NCBI RefSeq assembly: GCF_020541245.1
Contig: NZ_CP045876.1
Coordinates: 30,001-62,000 of the forward strand
Origin: Candidatus Annandia pinicola
GTDB lineage: Bacteria; Pseudomonadota; Gammaproteobacteria; Enterobacterales; Enterobacteriaceae_A
Direction: 5' to 3'
DNA length: 32,000 bases
The translations under genes were made by a program, and so were the position numbers. Numbering within the stretch: the first letter of the stretch is position 1; each line of letters starts with the position of its first letter. Of this stretch, positions 10,837-21,818 are shown piece after piece. The notes under the pieces are model-generated. The model was not told where the DNA came from, searched no databases, and worked only from the letters and a program-made list of their open reading frames with translations.

Positions 10837-11567
10837 ACAAATTTTTTTTAATTAATTATTAAAAATTTTAATAATAATTTAATAATATAATAAAAAAAAT
10901 AATTATTTTTTAGTAATCAAATATTTTTATAATAAATTAATAAATATTTTATTTTAAAAATATAAATTTAAAAACATAAATTAATTATATATTAATATTT
11001 TTATAAAATCAATATTATATTAAAAATATAAATAATTTTTAACATTATAAATTTATAAATTATTTATTAAGATTTAATAATATATTATAAATTATTTTAA
11101 TAATATAATTTATAATTAAAATATTTATAATAATTATTTTTTATCTAAATTTAGTTAATGATAAAAAAAATAATAAATTTATAATATAAATATATTTATT
11201 TAAATTTTACCATAAAATTATTTTTTTAATAAAAAATTTTAAAAAAATATAATATATAAATTAAAAAAAATAAATAAATTTTATAACAATAATTAATATA
11301 TATATAAAATTAAAAAAAATAATTAAAAATATCATTATTTTTTAATAATAAAACTTTTATTTATTATATTATTAATTAGTTAATTATAATACTATTTAAT
11401 ATTAATAATAATTATATTAAATTTAATTTTTTTTAACATTTAATATTAATATAATTTTAAAAAATAAAGATAAATTAAATTTTTTTATTATTAATTTATA
11501 AAAATAATTTATAATTTTATTATATAAAATTTAGTTTATATAATAACTATATAATTAAAATAATATT
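10837..11567. other. ORF-free, almost pure A+T spacer between the divergent aroQ and rplM genes
   Basis: By my count there are only 20 G/C in the 727 nt from 10841 to 11567 (about 3% G+C). This includes a 75-nt run (11212-11286) with no G or C at all. No ORF of 60 or more codons occurs in any frame of the supplied track, and I found no recognisable repeat unit. It must contain the promoters of both flanking genes. Confidence 0.7.
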
Positions 11568-11996
11568 ATGAAAACATTTACAATAAAAAAAAAATCAATT
11601 ATAAAAAAATGGTATATAGTAAATGCAAAGAATAAAATATTAGGTCGTTTTGTTTCTAAAATATCTAAATATTTAATGGGAAAAAATAAACCTATATATA
11701 CTCCTCATATAGATACAGGTGATAATATAATAGTTATAAATGCATCAAAAATATTATTAACAGGAAATAAAATAAATAGTAAACAATATTATTATCATAC
11801 AGGTTATCCTGGTGGTATTAAAAAAGTATCTTTAAAAAAAATGTTAAAAAAATATCCAATAAAAGTTATTCAAAAAGCTATTAAAGGAATGCTTCCTAAA
11901 GGTCCTTTAGGTAAACAAATGTTTTCAAAATTAAGAATATACCCTGAAGAAAAATATGAACATAAATCACAAAAAACTAAATTATTAAATTTGTAA
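11568..11996 (+). CDS. rplM: 50S ribosomal protein L13
   Basis: 142 aa. MKTFT.K......WY.V.A....LGR, YTPH.DTGD.IIV.NA, YY.HTG.PGGIK and KGMLPKGPLG are collinear with E. coli L13. Confidence 0.97.
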   Translation: MKTFTIKKKSIIKKWYIVNAKNKILGRFVSKISKYLMGKNKPIYTPHIDTGDNIIVINASKILLTGNKINSKQYYYHTGYPGGIKKVSLKKMLKKYPIKVIQKAIKGMLPKGPLGKQMFSKLRIYPEEKYEHKSQKTKLLNL

Positions 11997-12008
11997 TGGT
12001 GGAATAAT

Positions 12009-12404
12009 ATGAATAAAATAAATTGTTACTATAGTACTGGTCGTAGAAAAAAATCTATTGCTAGAGTATTTTTAAAACCAGGAAATGGAAATATTTTAAT
12101 TAATAATAAAAATATTAATAAATATTTTAAAAATTTAAATTCTAAAATGTTAATTTTTCAACCTATAATAATGTCAAATATGGAAAATAGACTAAATTTA
12201 TATATTACAGTAAAAGGAGGAGGTGTTTCAGGACAAGCAGGAGCTATTAGACATGGAATAACTAGATCATTAATTAAATATAATTATTTAACTAAAAAAA
12301 ATTTAAAAAAATCAGGTTTTGTAACTAGAGATTCAAGACAAGTTGAGAGAAAAAAATTTGGTTTAAAAAAAGCAAGAAAAAATTCACAATTTTCAAAACG
12401 TTAG
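12009..12404 (+). CDS. rpsI: 30S ribosomal protein S9
   Basis: 131 aa. [36 protein letters not shown] and the C-terminal TRD.R.VERKK.GL.KAR...QFSKR are present. A GGTGGA SD lies upstream. It sits immediately after rplM, as in the rplM-rpsI operon. Confidence 0.97.
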   Translation: MNKINCYYSTGRRKKSIARVFLKPGNGNILINNKNINKYFKNLNSKMLIFQPIIMSNMENRLNLYITVKGGGVSGQAGAIRHGITRSLIKYNYLTKKNLKKSGFVTRDSRQVERKKFGLKKARKNSQFSKR

Positions 12405-12433
12405 CTTATAATATAAACTCAAAGTTAAATTTA

Positions 12434-13090
12434 ATGATTAAAAAAAAAAGTAAATATTTTCCATTAACTCTTTTTTCTGGAAATAAAGATATTTACAGTC
12501 ATAAAATAAGAATGATTTTATCCATAAAAAATATATATGTTAAAATAAAACAAATATCATTTAATAAAATACCTAAAACAATTACAAATTTTCATAATTA
12601 TGAAAAAAATAATAGATTATTTTTACACCAAATACCAATGTTAATAGATCGTTATATTATATTATATGAACCTAATATTATTATAAATTATATAAATGAA
12701 AAATTTCCTTATCCTTCATTATTACCAATTTTTCCTTTGGAAAGAAGTGAAAATAGATTAATAATTTATAATATAACATCTAATTGGTATAAATTAATAA
12801 ATATTATTGAAAGAAATTATTTTAATTATGCAGAAAAAGCAAAGAAACAATTATCTAAAGAAGTATCAAAAATAGTTTATATTTTTATAAAAAAATCATC
12901 ATTTTTAATTAATTTAAAATTAACTTTATTAGATTGTTATATAGCTCCTATTTTATGGAGAATAAAAAAATTAAAAATAATATTAAACTGTAAATATAGA
13001 TATAAATTATATGTTTATATGAATAATTTATTCTCTAAAAGAAAATTTATAAATTCATTAACAAAATATGAAATAAATATGAATTTTTAA
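12434..13090 (+). CDS. sspA: Stringent starvation protein A (GST-fold RNAP-associated protein), highly diverged
   Basis: 218 aa. LTLFSG..DIYSH..R..L, PMLIDR...L.E..II..Y..E.FP.P.L.P..P..R.E.RL, DCY.AP.LWR and the position downstream of rpsI all match E. coli SspA and its locus. sspB is absent. Confidence 0.85.
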   Translation: MIKKKSKYFPLTLFSGNKDIYSHKIRMILSIKNIYVKIKQISFNKIPKTITNFHNYEKNNRLFLHQIPMLIDRYIILYEPNIIINYINEKFPYPSLLPIFPLERSENRLIIYNITSNWYKLINIIERNYFNYAEKAKKQLSKEVSKIVYIFIKKSSFLINLKLTLLDCYIAPILWRIKKLKIILNCKYRYKLYVYMNNLFSKRKFINSLTKYEINMNF

Positions 13091-13241
13091 ATTAATAATT
13101 AATTTAAAATATATTAAATTATATAATTATTTAAATTAATGTATATATTTATAAAAAAATAATATTTTATAAAATATTAATTACAATTATTAAATATGTA
13201 ATGTATTAATATATTTTCATTTTTAATTAGGATTTTAAATT

Positions 13242-13499
13242 ATGGAAAAAGAAAAAATATATTGTATATTATCTGAAAAATTAAAATTAAAAAAAATATA
13301 TGTAAATGGTGATAATAGTAATTTTAATATAATTGCAATAGATGATATTTTTAAAAAATTAGATGATATTGAAAAACAAAAAATAATTTATAAACCTTTA
13401 TTTAAATATATTTTAAAAAAAAAAATACATTCAATATCTATAGAATCATATTCAATAAAAGAATGGAAAAAAAAAATTAATTTAAATATTAATAAATAA
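13242..13499 (+). CDS. ibaG: BolA-family protein IbaG (YrbA)
   Basis: 85 aa. The pattern V.GD.S.F..IA....F......KQ...Y.PL..YI....IH..SI..Y...EW is collinear with E. coli YrbA/IbaG (84 aa) as I recall it. AGGA lies 9 nt upstream of the ATG. Confidence 0.85.
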   Translation: MEKEKIYCILSEKLKLKKIYVNGDNSNFNIIAIDDIFKKLDDIEKQKIIYKPLFKYILKKKIHSISIESYSIKEWKKKINLNINK

Positions 13500-13597
13500 T
13501 TTATATATTTAAATAATTATTATTTTTTAATTATATTTTAAATTAAATTTATAATATTAAATATAAATTATAAATTTTAAAATGGAATTTTTTATAA

Positions 13598-13918
13598 ATG
13601 TATGCTATTTTAGAACATGGAAATAAACAATATTTAATTAGCAAAGGTAAAATTATTTTTTTAGATAAAATTAATTGTAATATAGAAAAAATAATATATT
13701 TAAAAAAAGTATTATTTTTATCATATAAAGATAAAATATATATAGGTAATCCTATAGTTAAAAATGTAATTGTTAAAATAAAAATAATAAAACATGGTCG
13801 TAATAAAAAAATTAAAATAATAAAATTTCATCGTCGTAAACATCATTTAAAAACACAAGGCCATAGACAATGGTATACTCAAATTAAAGTTTTAAAAATT
13901 GAAATTAATAAAATATAA
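13598..13918 (+). CDS. rplU: 50S ribosomal protein L21
   Basis: 106 aa. MYAI...G.KQY, HGR..K.KI.KF.RRKH..K.QGHRQW.T.IK matches L21. Confidence 0.95.
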   Translation: MYAILEHGNKQYLISKGKIIFLDKINCNIEKIIYLKKVLFLSYKDKIYIGNPIVKNVIVKIKIIKHGRNKKIKIIKFHRRKHHLKTQGHRQWYTQIKVLKIEINKI

Positions 13919-13932
13919 TAAAAAGGTAAAAA

Positions 13933-15230
<1,298 letters not shown>

Positions 15231-15232
15231 AA

Positions 15233-15721
15233 ATGAAAAAAAAAAACACTATAACTCCTATGACAGCACAAGGTGCAGAAATTTTACGTAAAAAACTTAA
15301 TGAACTAAAAAAAAATAAAATACCTTATATAATAAAATTAATATCTTCATCTAGAAAAAATGGTGATTTAAAAGAAAATTCAGAATATCATGCAGCCAAA
15401 GAAGAACAATCTTTTTTTGAAAATAAAATTAAAGAGATTGAAGATAAATTATCAAATGCTGTTATTATAGATACAAATATAATTAAAAATTATAAAAAAA
15501 TTGTTTTTGGAATACCTTTTACTATATTAAAAATTGATAATAATAAAAAATTTAATTATACTATAGTAGGTAAAGATGAGGCTGATATTAAAAAAAATAT
15601 GATTTCTATAAATTCACCTATAGCTAGAAGTTTAATAGGTAAATATATAAAAGATATTATTACAGTCAATACTCCAAATGGAAATATAAAATATAAAATA
15701 TTAAAAATAGGTAAAAATTAA
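15233..15721 (+). CDS. greA: Transcription elongation factor GreA
   Basis: 162 aa. PMT..G.E.LR..L..LK, GDL.ENSEYHAAKE.Q.F...I..IE.KL..A..ID and S..SP.AR.LIGK match GreA. The ATG lies 2 nt after the obg stop. Confidence 0.93.
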   Translation: MKKKNTITPMTAQGAEILRKKLNELKKNKIPYIIKLISSSRKNGDLKENSEYHAAKEEQSFFENKIKEIEDKLSNAVIIDTNIIKNYKKIVFGIPFTILKIDNNKKFNYTIVGKDEADIKKNMISINSPIARSLIGKYIKDIITVNTPNGNIKYKILKIGKN

Positions 15722-15755
15722 TTATTAATGTTTTATTTTAATTAAAAATAAAATT

Positions 15756-16409
15756 ATGAAAAAAAATAAATTTAATAATAAAATAAGTAATTTTTATAAA
15801 AAAAAAATTAATGATTTTTATTATAAACAATCTAAAATAAAAAAATTAAGATCAAGAGCTTGGTTTAAATTAGATCAAATAAATAAAAAAGAAAAAATAT
15901 TTTATTCTGGTATGAATGTAATAGATTTAGGATCTTATCCTGGTAGTTGGTCTCAATATGTAATTAATAAAATAAAAAAAAATGGAAATTTATTATCATG
16001 TGATTTATTACCAATGAAAAATATTTCATATAATAGATTTAAATTTATTCAAGGTAATATTATAGATAAATTAACTATTAAAAAAATCTTAAAACATTTT
16101 AATAATAAAGGAGTAAATATTATTATTTCAGATATGTCTCCAAATATTAGTGGTATATCTTATATAGATAATTATAATACTATAAAATTATTTAATGCTG
16201 CTTTTAATATATGTAAAAAATTATTATCTTTCAATGGTTATTTTTTAATAAAAATATTTCAAAATAATAGTTTTAGTAAATATATAAAAAAAATAAAAAA
16301 TTTTTTTTTAAAAATTAAAATATGTAAACCTAAATCATCAAAATCATATTCTAAAGAAATATATATATTAGCTAAAAAATATTTAATAAAAAATATAATT
16401 AAGGATTAA
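15756..16409 (+). CDS. rlmE: 23S rRNA (U2552-2'-O)-methyltransferase RlmE (FtsJ/RrmJ)
   Basis: 217 aa. LRSRAWFKLD.I, V.DLG..PG.WSQYV, SDM.PN.SG and K.F.....F are collinear with E. coli RlmE. It lies upstream of ftsH, as in E. coli. Confidence 0.93.
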   Translation: MKKNKFNNKISNFYKKKINDFYYKQSKIKKLRSRAWFKLDQINKKEKIFYSGMNVIDLGSYPGSWSQYVINKIKKNGNLLSCDLLPMKNISYNRFKFIQGNIIDKLTIKKILKHFNNKGVNIIISDMSPNISGISYIDNYNTIKLFNAAFNICKKLLSFNGYFLIKIFQNNSFSKYIKKIKNFFLKIKICKPKSSKSYSKEIYILAKKYLIKNIIKD

Positions 16410-16411
16410 AA

Positions 16412-18202
16412 TTGAAATATATAATAAAAAACTTTATTTTATGGTCAATTGTTTTATTTTCTTTGATATCTATTTTAAAAAAATGTGACTCATTTAAATA
16501 TTGTAATAATTTAGTAGATTATTCAACTTTTTTAAAAGAAATAGATAATGATAAAATTAAAGATGTTATAATAAAAGGACATCAAATACAATTTATAGAA
16601 AAAAATGATATTAAATATAATACATATATTCCTATTAATGATACTAAATTATTAAATTGTTTATTAAAAAAAAATATTAGAATTTTTGGAACACCAAAAA
16701 TATTACCTGGAATATTAACTTCTATTTTTATATCCTGGTTTCCTATATTTTTTTTTATAATAGCATGGGTATTATTTTTAAAAAAAATTCAAGGAAACAA
16801 TAAAGGATCTTTGTATTTTAGCAAAAATAAAGCTAAACTTATTTTATTTAATAATGTTTATACTACATTTAAAGATGTTGCTGGTTGTGATGAAGCTAAA
16901 GAAGAAGTTAAAGATATAGTAGATTTTTTAAAAAACCCTTTTAAATTTCAAAAACTTGGAGGAATAATACCAAAAGGAATATTAATGACAGGACCTCCTG
17001 GAACTGGTAAAACTTTATTAGCAAAAGCAATTGCAGGAGAAGCTAAAGTACCATTTTTTATTATTTCGGGTTCTGATTTTGTTGAAATGTTTGTAGGTGT
17101 AGGAGCTTCTAGAGTTAGAAATATGTTTGAAGAAGCAAAAAAAGTAAAACCATGTATAATATTTATAGATGAAATTGATGCTGTAGGACGTCAAAGAAGT
17201 TTTAATAGTTTTGGTAGTAGTAGTGATGAAAGAGAACAAACTTTAAATCAAATATTAGTAGAAATGGATGGTTTTGATAAAAATCAAGGTATAATAATTG
17301 TAGGTGCTACTAATAGAGAAGATATTTTAGATAAAGCTTTATTAAGACCAGGAAGATTTGATCGTAGAGTAATGATAGATTTACCAAATATTATTGGTAG
17401 AGAACAAATATTAAAAATTCATATTAATAATAAATCTATAGATAAAAATATTGATACTTTAATTATTGCAAAAAATACTGTAGGTTTTTCAGGAGCAGAT
17501 TTAGCTAATTTAGTAAATGAAGCTATATTATTAGCAGTTCGTCAAAATAAAAATATTGTTTCTATGGAAAATTTTGAACAAGCAAAAGATAAAATATTAA
17601 TGGGTACTGAAAAAAGATCTTTAATTGTAACTGAAGAACAAAAAGAATATACTGCTTATCATGAATCTGGTCATGTTATTGTAGGTTATTTAATGCCAGA
17701 AAATGATCCAATACATAAAGTAACTATTATTCCACGTGGCAATGCTTTAGGAATGACTTTTTTTTTACCTCAAAATGATATATCTAATGTTAGTAAACAA
17801 AAATTAGATAGTCGCATTGCAACATTATATGGAGGAAGATTAGCAGAAGAAATTATATATGGAGATAAATATATTTCTACAGGAGCTTCTAATGATATTA
17901 AAGTAGCTACTAATTTAGCAAGAAATATGGTAACTAAATGGGGTTTTTCTGATAAATTAGGACCATTATTATATAAAGAAAGTTATGATAAAAATATGTT
18001 TAGTAATTTTAAAAATGTAAAAATATCTGAAAAAACTTCTTATATAATTGATAAGGAAATTAAAAAAATAATAGATAAAAATTATAATACAGCAAGAAAA
18101 ATATTATATAATAATATTGATATATTAAATAAAATGAAAAGTTCATTATTAAAAAATGAAACTATAGATATAATAAAAATAAAAGAAATAATGAAACGTT
18201 AA
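16412..18202 (+). CDS. ftsH: ATP-dependent zinc metalloprotease FtsH (TTG start)
   Basis: 596 aa. It has two N-terminal TM segments, Walker [24 protein letters not shown], Walker [32 protein letters not shown] and the Zn site HESGH. An AAGGA at 16401-16405, inside the rlmE 3' end, lies 6 nt before TTG 16412. The C-terminal tail is shorter than in E. coli. Confidence 0.98.
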   Translation: MKYIIKNFILWSIVLFSLISILKKCDSFKYCNNLVDYSTFLKEIDNDKIKDVIIKGHQIQFIEKNDIKYNTYIPINDTKLLNCLLKKNIRIFGTPKILPGILTSIFISWFPIFFFIIAWVLFLKKIQGNNKGSLYFSKNKAKLILFNNVYTTFKDVAGCDEAKEEVKDIVDFLKNPFKFQKLGGIIPKGILMTGPPGTGKTLLAKAIAGEAKVPFFIISGSDFVEMFVGVGASRVRNMFEEAKKVKPCIIFIDEIDAVGRQRSFNSFGSSSDEREQTLNQILVEMDGFDKNQGIIIVGATNREDILDKALLRPGRFDRRVMIDLPNIIGREQILKIHINNKSIDKNIDTLIIAKNTVGFSGADLANLVNEAILLAVRQNKNIVSMENFEQAKDKILMGTEKRSLIVTEEQKEYTAYHESGHVIVGYLMPENDPIHKVTIIPRGNALGMTFFLPQNDISNVSKQKLDSRIATLYGGRLAEEIIYGDKYISTGASNDIKVATNLARNMVTKWGFSDKLGPLLYKESYDKNMFSNFKNVKISEKTSYIIDKEIKKIIDKNYNTARKILYNNIDILNKMKSSLLKNETIDIIKIKEIMKR

Positions 18203-18332
18203 GAAATTATTATAGAATATTATTAATTTTAACATAATAAAATATAAATTGAAAATATTTAATAATTAACTTTTCATAAATATTTAGATATTATTGAAAT
18301 CAATTTAATATTATTTTAGAGGATAATTAATT

Positions 18333-18560
18333 TTGTATATATTAATTATTTTATTTTTTTTTTTAATATCTTTAATTTTAATATTTTTAATTTTTATTCA
18401 ACAAAATAAATTATTTTATAATAATTTTAACAATACAAAAAAATTTAGTAACTTAGTAAATCGTTATTTTTTAGAATATATAATTTTAATTTTAACAGCT
18501 ATATTTATTATATTTAATATTGTTATTATAAATATAAATAATACAAATTATATTAATTAA
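18333..18560 (+). CDS. secG: Preprotein translocase subunit SecG (diverged, TTG start)
   Basis: 75 aa with two hydrophobic helices. The N-terminus (M)YILIILFFFLISLILIFLIFIQQNK parallels E. coli SecG MYEALLVVFLIVAIGLVGLIMLQQGK. GAGGA at 18319-18323 lies 9 nt upstream. It holds the expected position between ftsH and infB. The Gly-rich cytoplasmic loop is not recognisable. Confidence 0.7.
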   Translation: MYILIILFFFLISLILIFLIFIQQNKLFYNNFNNTKKFSNLVNRYFLEYIILILTAIFIIFNIVIININNTNYIN

Positions 18561-18780
18561 AAAATAATATTTAATATTTTTTTAATTAAAATAAAATTTT
18601 TAAGTTGACTATTTAATACAACAATGTTTTTTTTATTTATAAAAATTATAAATTAAATCAACTTTAATAGTAATTTGTAATTATAAATAAAAAATTTATA
18701 ATTTGAAATGATTATATTATTAATTAAAAAAAAATAATATTAATAAAAAAATTATTAATTAATAAAAATAAATTTTAAAA

Positions 18781-20541
18781 TTGATAAAAAAAAAAAAAGA
18801 AAAAGAAAATAATCATGAAAATAAAAATGAAATAAATATTAATTTTATAAAAAAAAAAAAAATTAATTTAATAGATTTATCATCTAAAATTTGTATTAAA
18901 ATTTCTAAAATAGTTAGTTATATAATTAAATTTGGTATTCTATTGACTACTGAACAAAAAATTGATAATTATATTATACTATTTATAATTAAAATATTAT
19001 TAAAATATAAAAAAATAAAAAAAAATAAAAAAAAAAAAAAAAAAATATCTAAAAATAAATTAAATAACAAGATATATTCTCCAATTGTTACTATTACTGG
19101 TCATGTGGATCATGGTAAAACTTCATTAATTGATTATTTAAAATCCAATAAAACTACTTCTAAAGAATATAGTGGTATTACTCAAAATATAGGAACATAT
19201 CAAATTAAAACTAAAAATGGTAAAATTACATTTTTAGATACTCCTGGACACTCAGCTTTTTCATCTATGAGAGAACGTGGTATTAAAATGACTAATATTA
19301 TGGTATTAATAATAGCAGCAGATGATGGTGTAATGCCTCAAACTATAGAATCTATAAAATATGCAAAATTAAATAATATACCTATAATAGTAGCAATTAA
19401 TAAAATAGATAAAATTAAATTAAAAATTGATAGAATAATTAATGAATTAACTAAATATCATATTGTATCTGAAGAATGGGGGGGTGATAATATTTTTGTT
19501 AATATTTCTACAAAATATGGTGTAGGTATAGATGATTTATTAAATTTAATACTATTACAAGCTGAAATGTTAGAAATAAATACTTTTCACAATATTAAAG
19601 CTCATGGTATAATAATTGAATCCCATAAAAATATTAGTAAAATCCCCATAACTAGTATTTTAATAAATCAAGGTACTTTACATGTAGGAGATATTATTTT
19701 ATGTAATTCAATTATTGGAAAAGTTTCTTCTATAAAAAATTTTAGTAATAAAACATTATTAAAAGCATTACCAGGAACTCCAGTAAATATTATAGGATTT
19801 AATAAAAATCCTATATCTGGAAATAATATTATTGTTATAAATAAAAATAAAATATTAAAAAAAACAAACCATAAAAAAAATATAAATAAAAAATTAAATA
19901 TTTCATATGATTATAATTTTGAAGAAGAAAATAAAAATATTATTTGTATAAATATAATATTAAAAACAGATAAAAAAGGTTCAATAGATGATATATTAAA
20001 TGAAATAAATAATATTATTGATAATAATGTAAAAATAAATATAATAAAAAAAAAAACAGGTAATATAACAGAAAAAGATATAATTTTAGCATCTAGATAT
20101 AAATCAATAATATTAGGATTTAATGTAGAAATAGAAAAATCATCTTATGAAATAAAAAAAATTAAAAAAATAAAACATGTTTATTGTTATCATACCATTC
20201 ACCATTTAATAAGTGATGTAAAAAAAATAATTAAAAAAGATGTAAGTATTTTAAATAAAAAAAGATTTATGATTAGTGGTATAGCAGAAATTAGAAATAT
20301 ATTTAAATCAACTAAATTTGGTACTATTGCTGGTTGTATGGTGTTAAATGGCATAATAAAAAGAAATAATTATATAAATATAGTAAGAAATAATTTAATT
20401 ATTTTTCAAGGTTATTTAGAATCATTATATAGATTTAAAAGAAATATAAAACAAGTAAGTATTGGTATGGAATGTGGAATAACTATTAAAAGTTATAGAA
20501 ACTTTAAAATAGGAGATAAAATAAAATCTTTTAATAGTTAA
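18781..20541 (+). CDS. infB: Translation initiation factor IF-2, N-terminally truncated form (non-ATG start: TTG 18781 or ATT 18772)
   Basis: 586 aa versus about 890 in E. coli. The G domain (PIVTITGHVDHGKTSLIDY, DTPGH.AF, NKID) and the C-terminal domains are present. Only a short IF2_N-like segment (INLIDLSSKI.IKISKIV.YIIKFG) precedes the G domain. The frame opens at 18772 after a TAA, and the first in-frame ATG is far inside the G domain, so the start must be a non-ATG codon. No SD is visible. Confidence 0.93.
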   Translation: MIKKKKEKENNHENKNEININFIKKKKINLIDLSSKICIKISKIVSYIIKFGILLTTEQKIDNYIILFIIKILLKYKKIKKNKKKKKKISKNKLNNKIYSPIVTITGHVDHGKTSLIDYLKSNKTTSKEYSGITQNIGTYQIKTKNGKITFLDTPGHSAFSSMRERGIKMTNIMVLIIAADDGVMPQTIESIKYAKLNNIPIIVAINKIDKIKLKIDRIINELTKYHIVSEEWGGDNIFVNISTKYGVGIDDLLNLILLQAEMLEINTFHNIKAHGIIIESHKNISKIPITSILINQGTLHVGDIILCNSIIGKVSSIKNFSNKTLLKALPGTPVNIIGFNKNPISGNNIIVINKNKILKKTNHKKNINKKLNISYDYNFEEENKNIICINIILKTDKKGSIDDILNEINNIIDNNVKINIIKKKTGNITEKDIILASRYKSIILGFNVEIEKSSYEIKKIKKIKHVYCYHTIHHLISDVKKIIKKDVSILNKKRFMISGIAEIRNIFKSTKFGTIAGCMVLNGIIKRNNYINIVRNNLIIFQGYLESLYRFKRNIKQVSIGMECGITIKSYRNFKIGDKIKSFNS

Positions 20542-20555
20542 TAAGGATTTAATAA

Positions 20556-20909
20556 ATGACAAATTTATTTAGATTGGAAAAAATTGAAAAATTAATTAAA
20601 AAAGAAGTATCTATAATTATTAATTATGAAATTAATAACCCTAAAATTAAAAATAGAATAATTATTGTTTCTCAAGTTAATGTTTCTTTAAATTTTAATC
20701 ATGCTAAAATTTTTGTTATAACTTTAAATGATAAATATTATAAAAATATAATAAATGAATTACAAAAAGCAAATTTATATATACGTCATGTTTTAAAAAA
20801 AAAAATAAAATTAAGAAAAATTCCAAAACTAAGTTTTGTATATGATAATTCTTCTAAAAATGGTAATAAAATATTGAAATTATTAAAAAAAATAAATAAT
20901 AAAATATAA
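20556..20909 (+). CDS. rbfA: Ribosome-binding factor A
   Basis: 117 aa. R...I...IKKE.S.II..E..N., V..V.VS.....AKIF, L.KA...IR..L........P.L.F.YD matches the RbfA pattern. AAGGA lies 9 nt upstream. It sits between infB and truB. Confidence 0.88.
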   Translation: MTNLFRLEKIEKLIKKEVSIIINYEINNPKIKNRIIIVSQVNVSLNFNHAKIFVITLNDKYYKNIINELQKANLYIRHVLKKKIKLRKIPKLSFVYDNSSKNGNKILKLLKKINNKI

Positions 20910-20913
20910 ATTA

Positions 20914-21813
20914 ATGATAAAAATGAAAAAAAAAAAAAAAAATATAAATGGTGTTGTTTTATTAAATAAAGATAAAAAATTTTTTTTAAATAAAATTTTA
21001 AATAAAATTAAAAATAATAAAAAAATTGAAAAATATGAATATGTTAGTAATTTAGATCCATTAACTACTGGAATACTTCCAATTTGTTTTGGAAAATCCT
21101 TAAATTTTTCAAAATTTATAATTAATTCAAATAAAAAATATCATATTATTATTAAATTAGGAGAATATAGTGATGATGAAGATGATTATAACAATTACAT
21201 ATATTGTATAGATTATTATTTTTTAAAAAATGAAAATAATAATTTTAGAAATTATATATTACATTATATTTTTAAAAAAATGATGGATAAATGTTATAAT
21301 AATAATTCTAATATGATAAAAAAAAAAGATATAATTAAAATTTATTCAGTTGAATTAATAAAATTTAAGGATAATTTTATAGAACTAATGATTCATTGTT
21401 CTAAAGGAACTAGTATTCGTTCAATAATTAATAAAATTCAAAAAAAAATTAGACACAATATTTACATTAAATTTATAAAAATTATTCGTTTATCATATTT
21501 TTTAATAAATAATACAATAGAATTAAAATATTTTTATGAAAAAATATATAAAAAAAATAAAATTTGTAATATAAAAAAAACATTATTACCAATAGATACT
21601 GCAGTATCAAATCTTCCAATATTAAATATAGACCATGATTTATCAAAATTTTTAATTAAAGGAAATAAAGTATTAATAAAAAAAAATATTAGATTTTTAC
21701 CAAATAATATGTATAGGATTACTACAGATAATCAAAAAAAATTTATTGGTGTATTTGAATTAGAATATGGTTATATTATTCCTAATAAATTTAAAAAAAA
21801 TAAAAGGTATTAA
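20914..21813 (+). CDS. truB: tRNA pseudouridine-55 synthase TruB (strongly diverged)
   Basis: 299 aa. INGV.LL.K, the catalytic-Asp context NLDPLTTGILPICFG, K.Y...I.LG and IHCSKGTSIRSI are recognisable. The central segment is not. It sits between rbfA and rpsO. Confidence 0.85.
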   Translation: MIKMKKKKKNINGVVLLNKDKKFFLNKILNKIKNNKKIEKYEYVSNLDPLTTGILPICFGKSLNFSKFIINSNKKYHIIIKLGEYSDDEDDYNNYIYCIDYYFLKNENNNFRNYILHYIFKKMMDKCYNNNSNMIKKKDIIKIYSVELIKFKDNFIELMIHCSKGTSIRSIINKIQKKIRHNIYIKFIKIIRLSYFLINNTIELKYFYEKIYKKNKICNIKKTLLPIDTAVSNLPILNIDHDLSKFLIKGNKVLIKKNIRFLPNNMYRITTDNQKKFIGVFELEYGYIIPNKFKKNKRY

Positions 21814-21818
21814 AAAAA

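Noticed and set aside
10821-11567. The idea that the large A/T spacer is a replication origin (oriC)
   Set aside because: I found no DnaA-box consensus (TTATCCACA or its complement); the closest is TTATCTAAA near 11141, with two mismatches. There are no GATC clusters, and the flanking genes are not the usual oriC neighbours (gidA/mnmG, dnaA, atp). Extreme A+T alone is not diagnostic here, because all spacers are A/T. It could only be settled by whole-genome skew analysis.
18604-18609. TTGACT hexamer as a -35 box for an infB promoter
   Set aside because: With 16 to 18 nt spacing the downstream hexamer is TTTTTT, not a TATAAT-like box. In sequence this A/T-rich, -10-like strings are everywhere, so a single -35-like hexamer is not evidence.
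18561-18780. Expected tRNA genes (leuU after secG, metY before the nusA operon) or another ncRNA in the secG-infB spacer
   Set aside because: The spacer has no G/C-enriched block of 70 to 90 nt, and no acceptor or T-arm-like complementary segments (a GTTC..A-type T-loop context is absent). The same negative result holds for every other spacer in the window.
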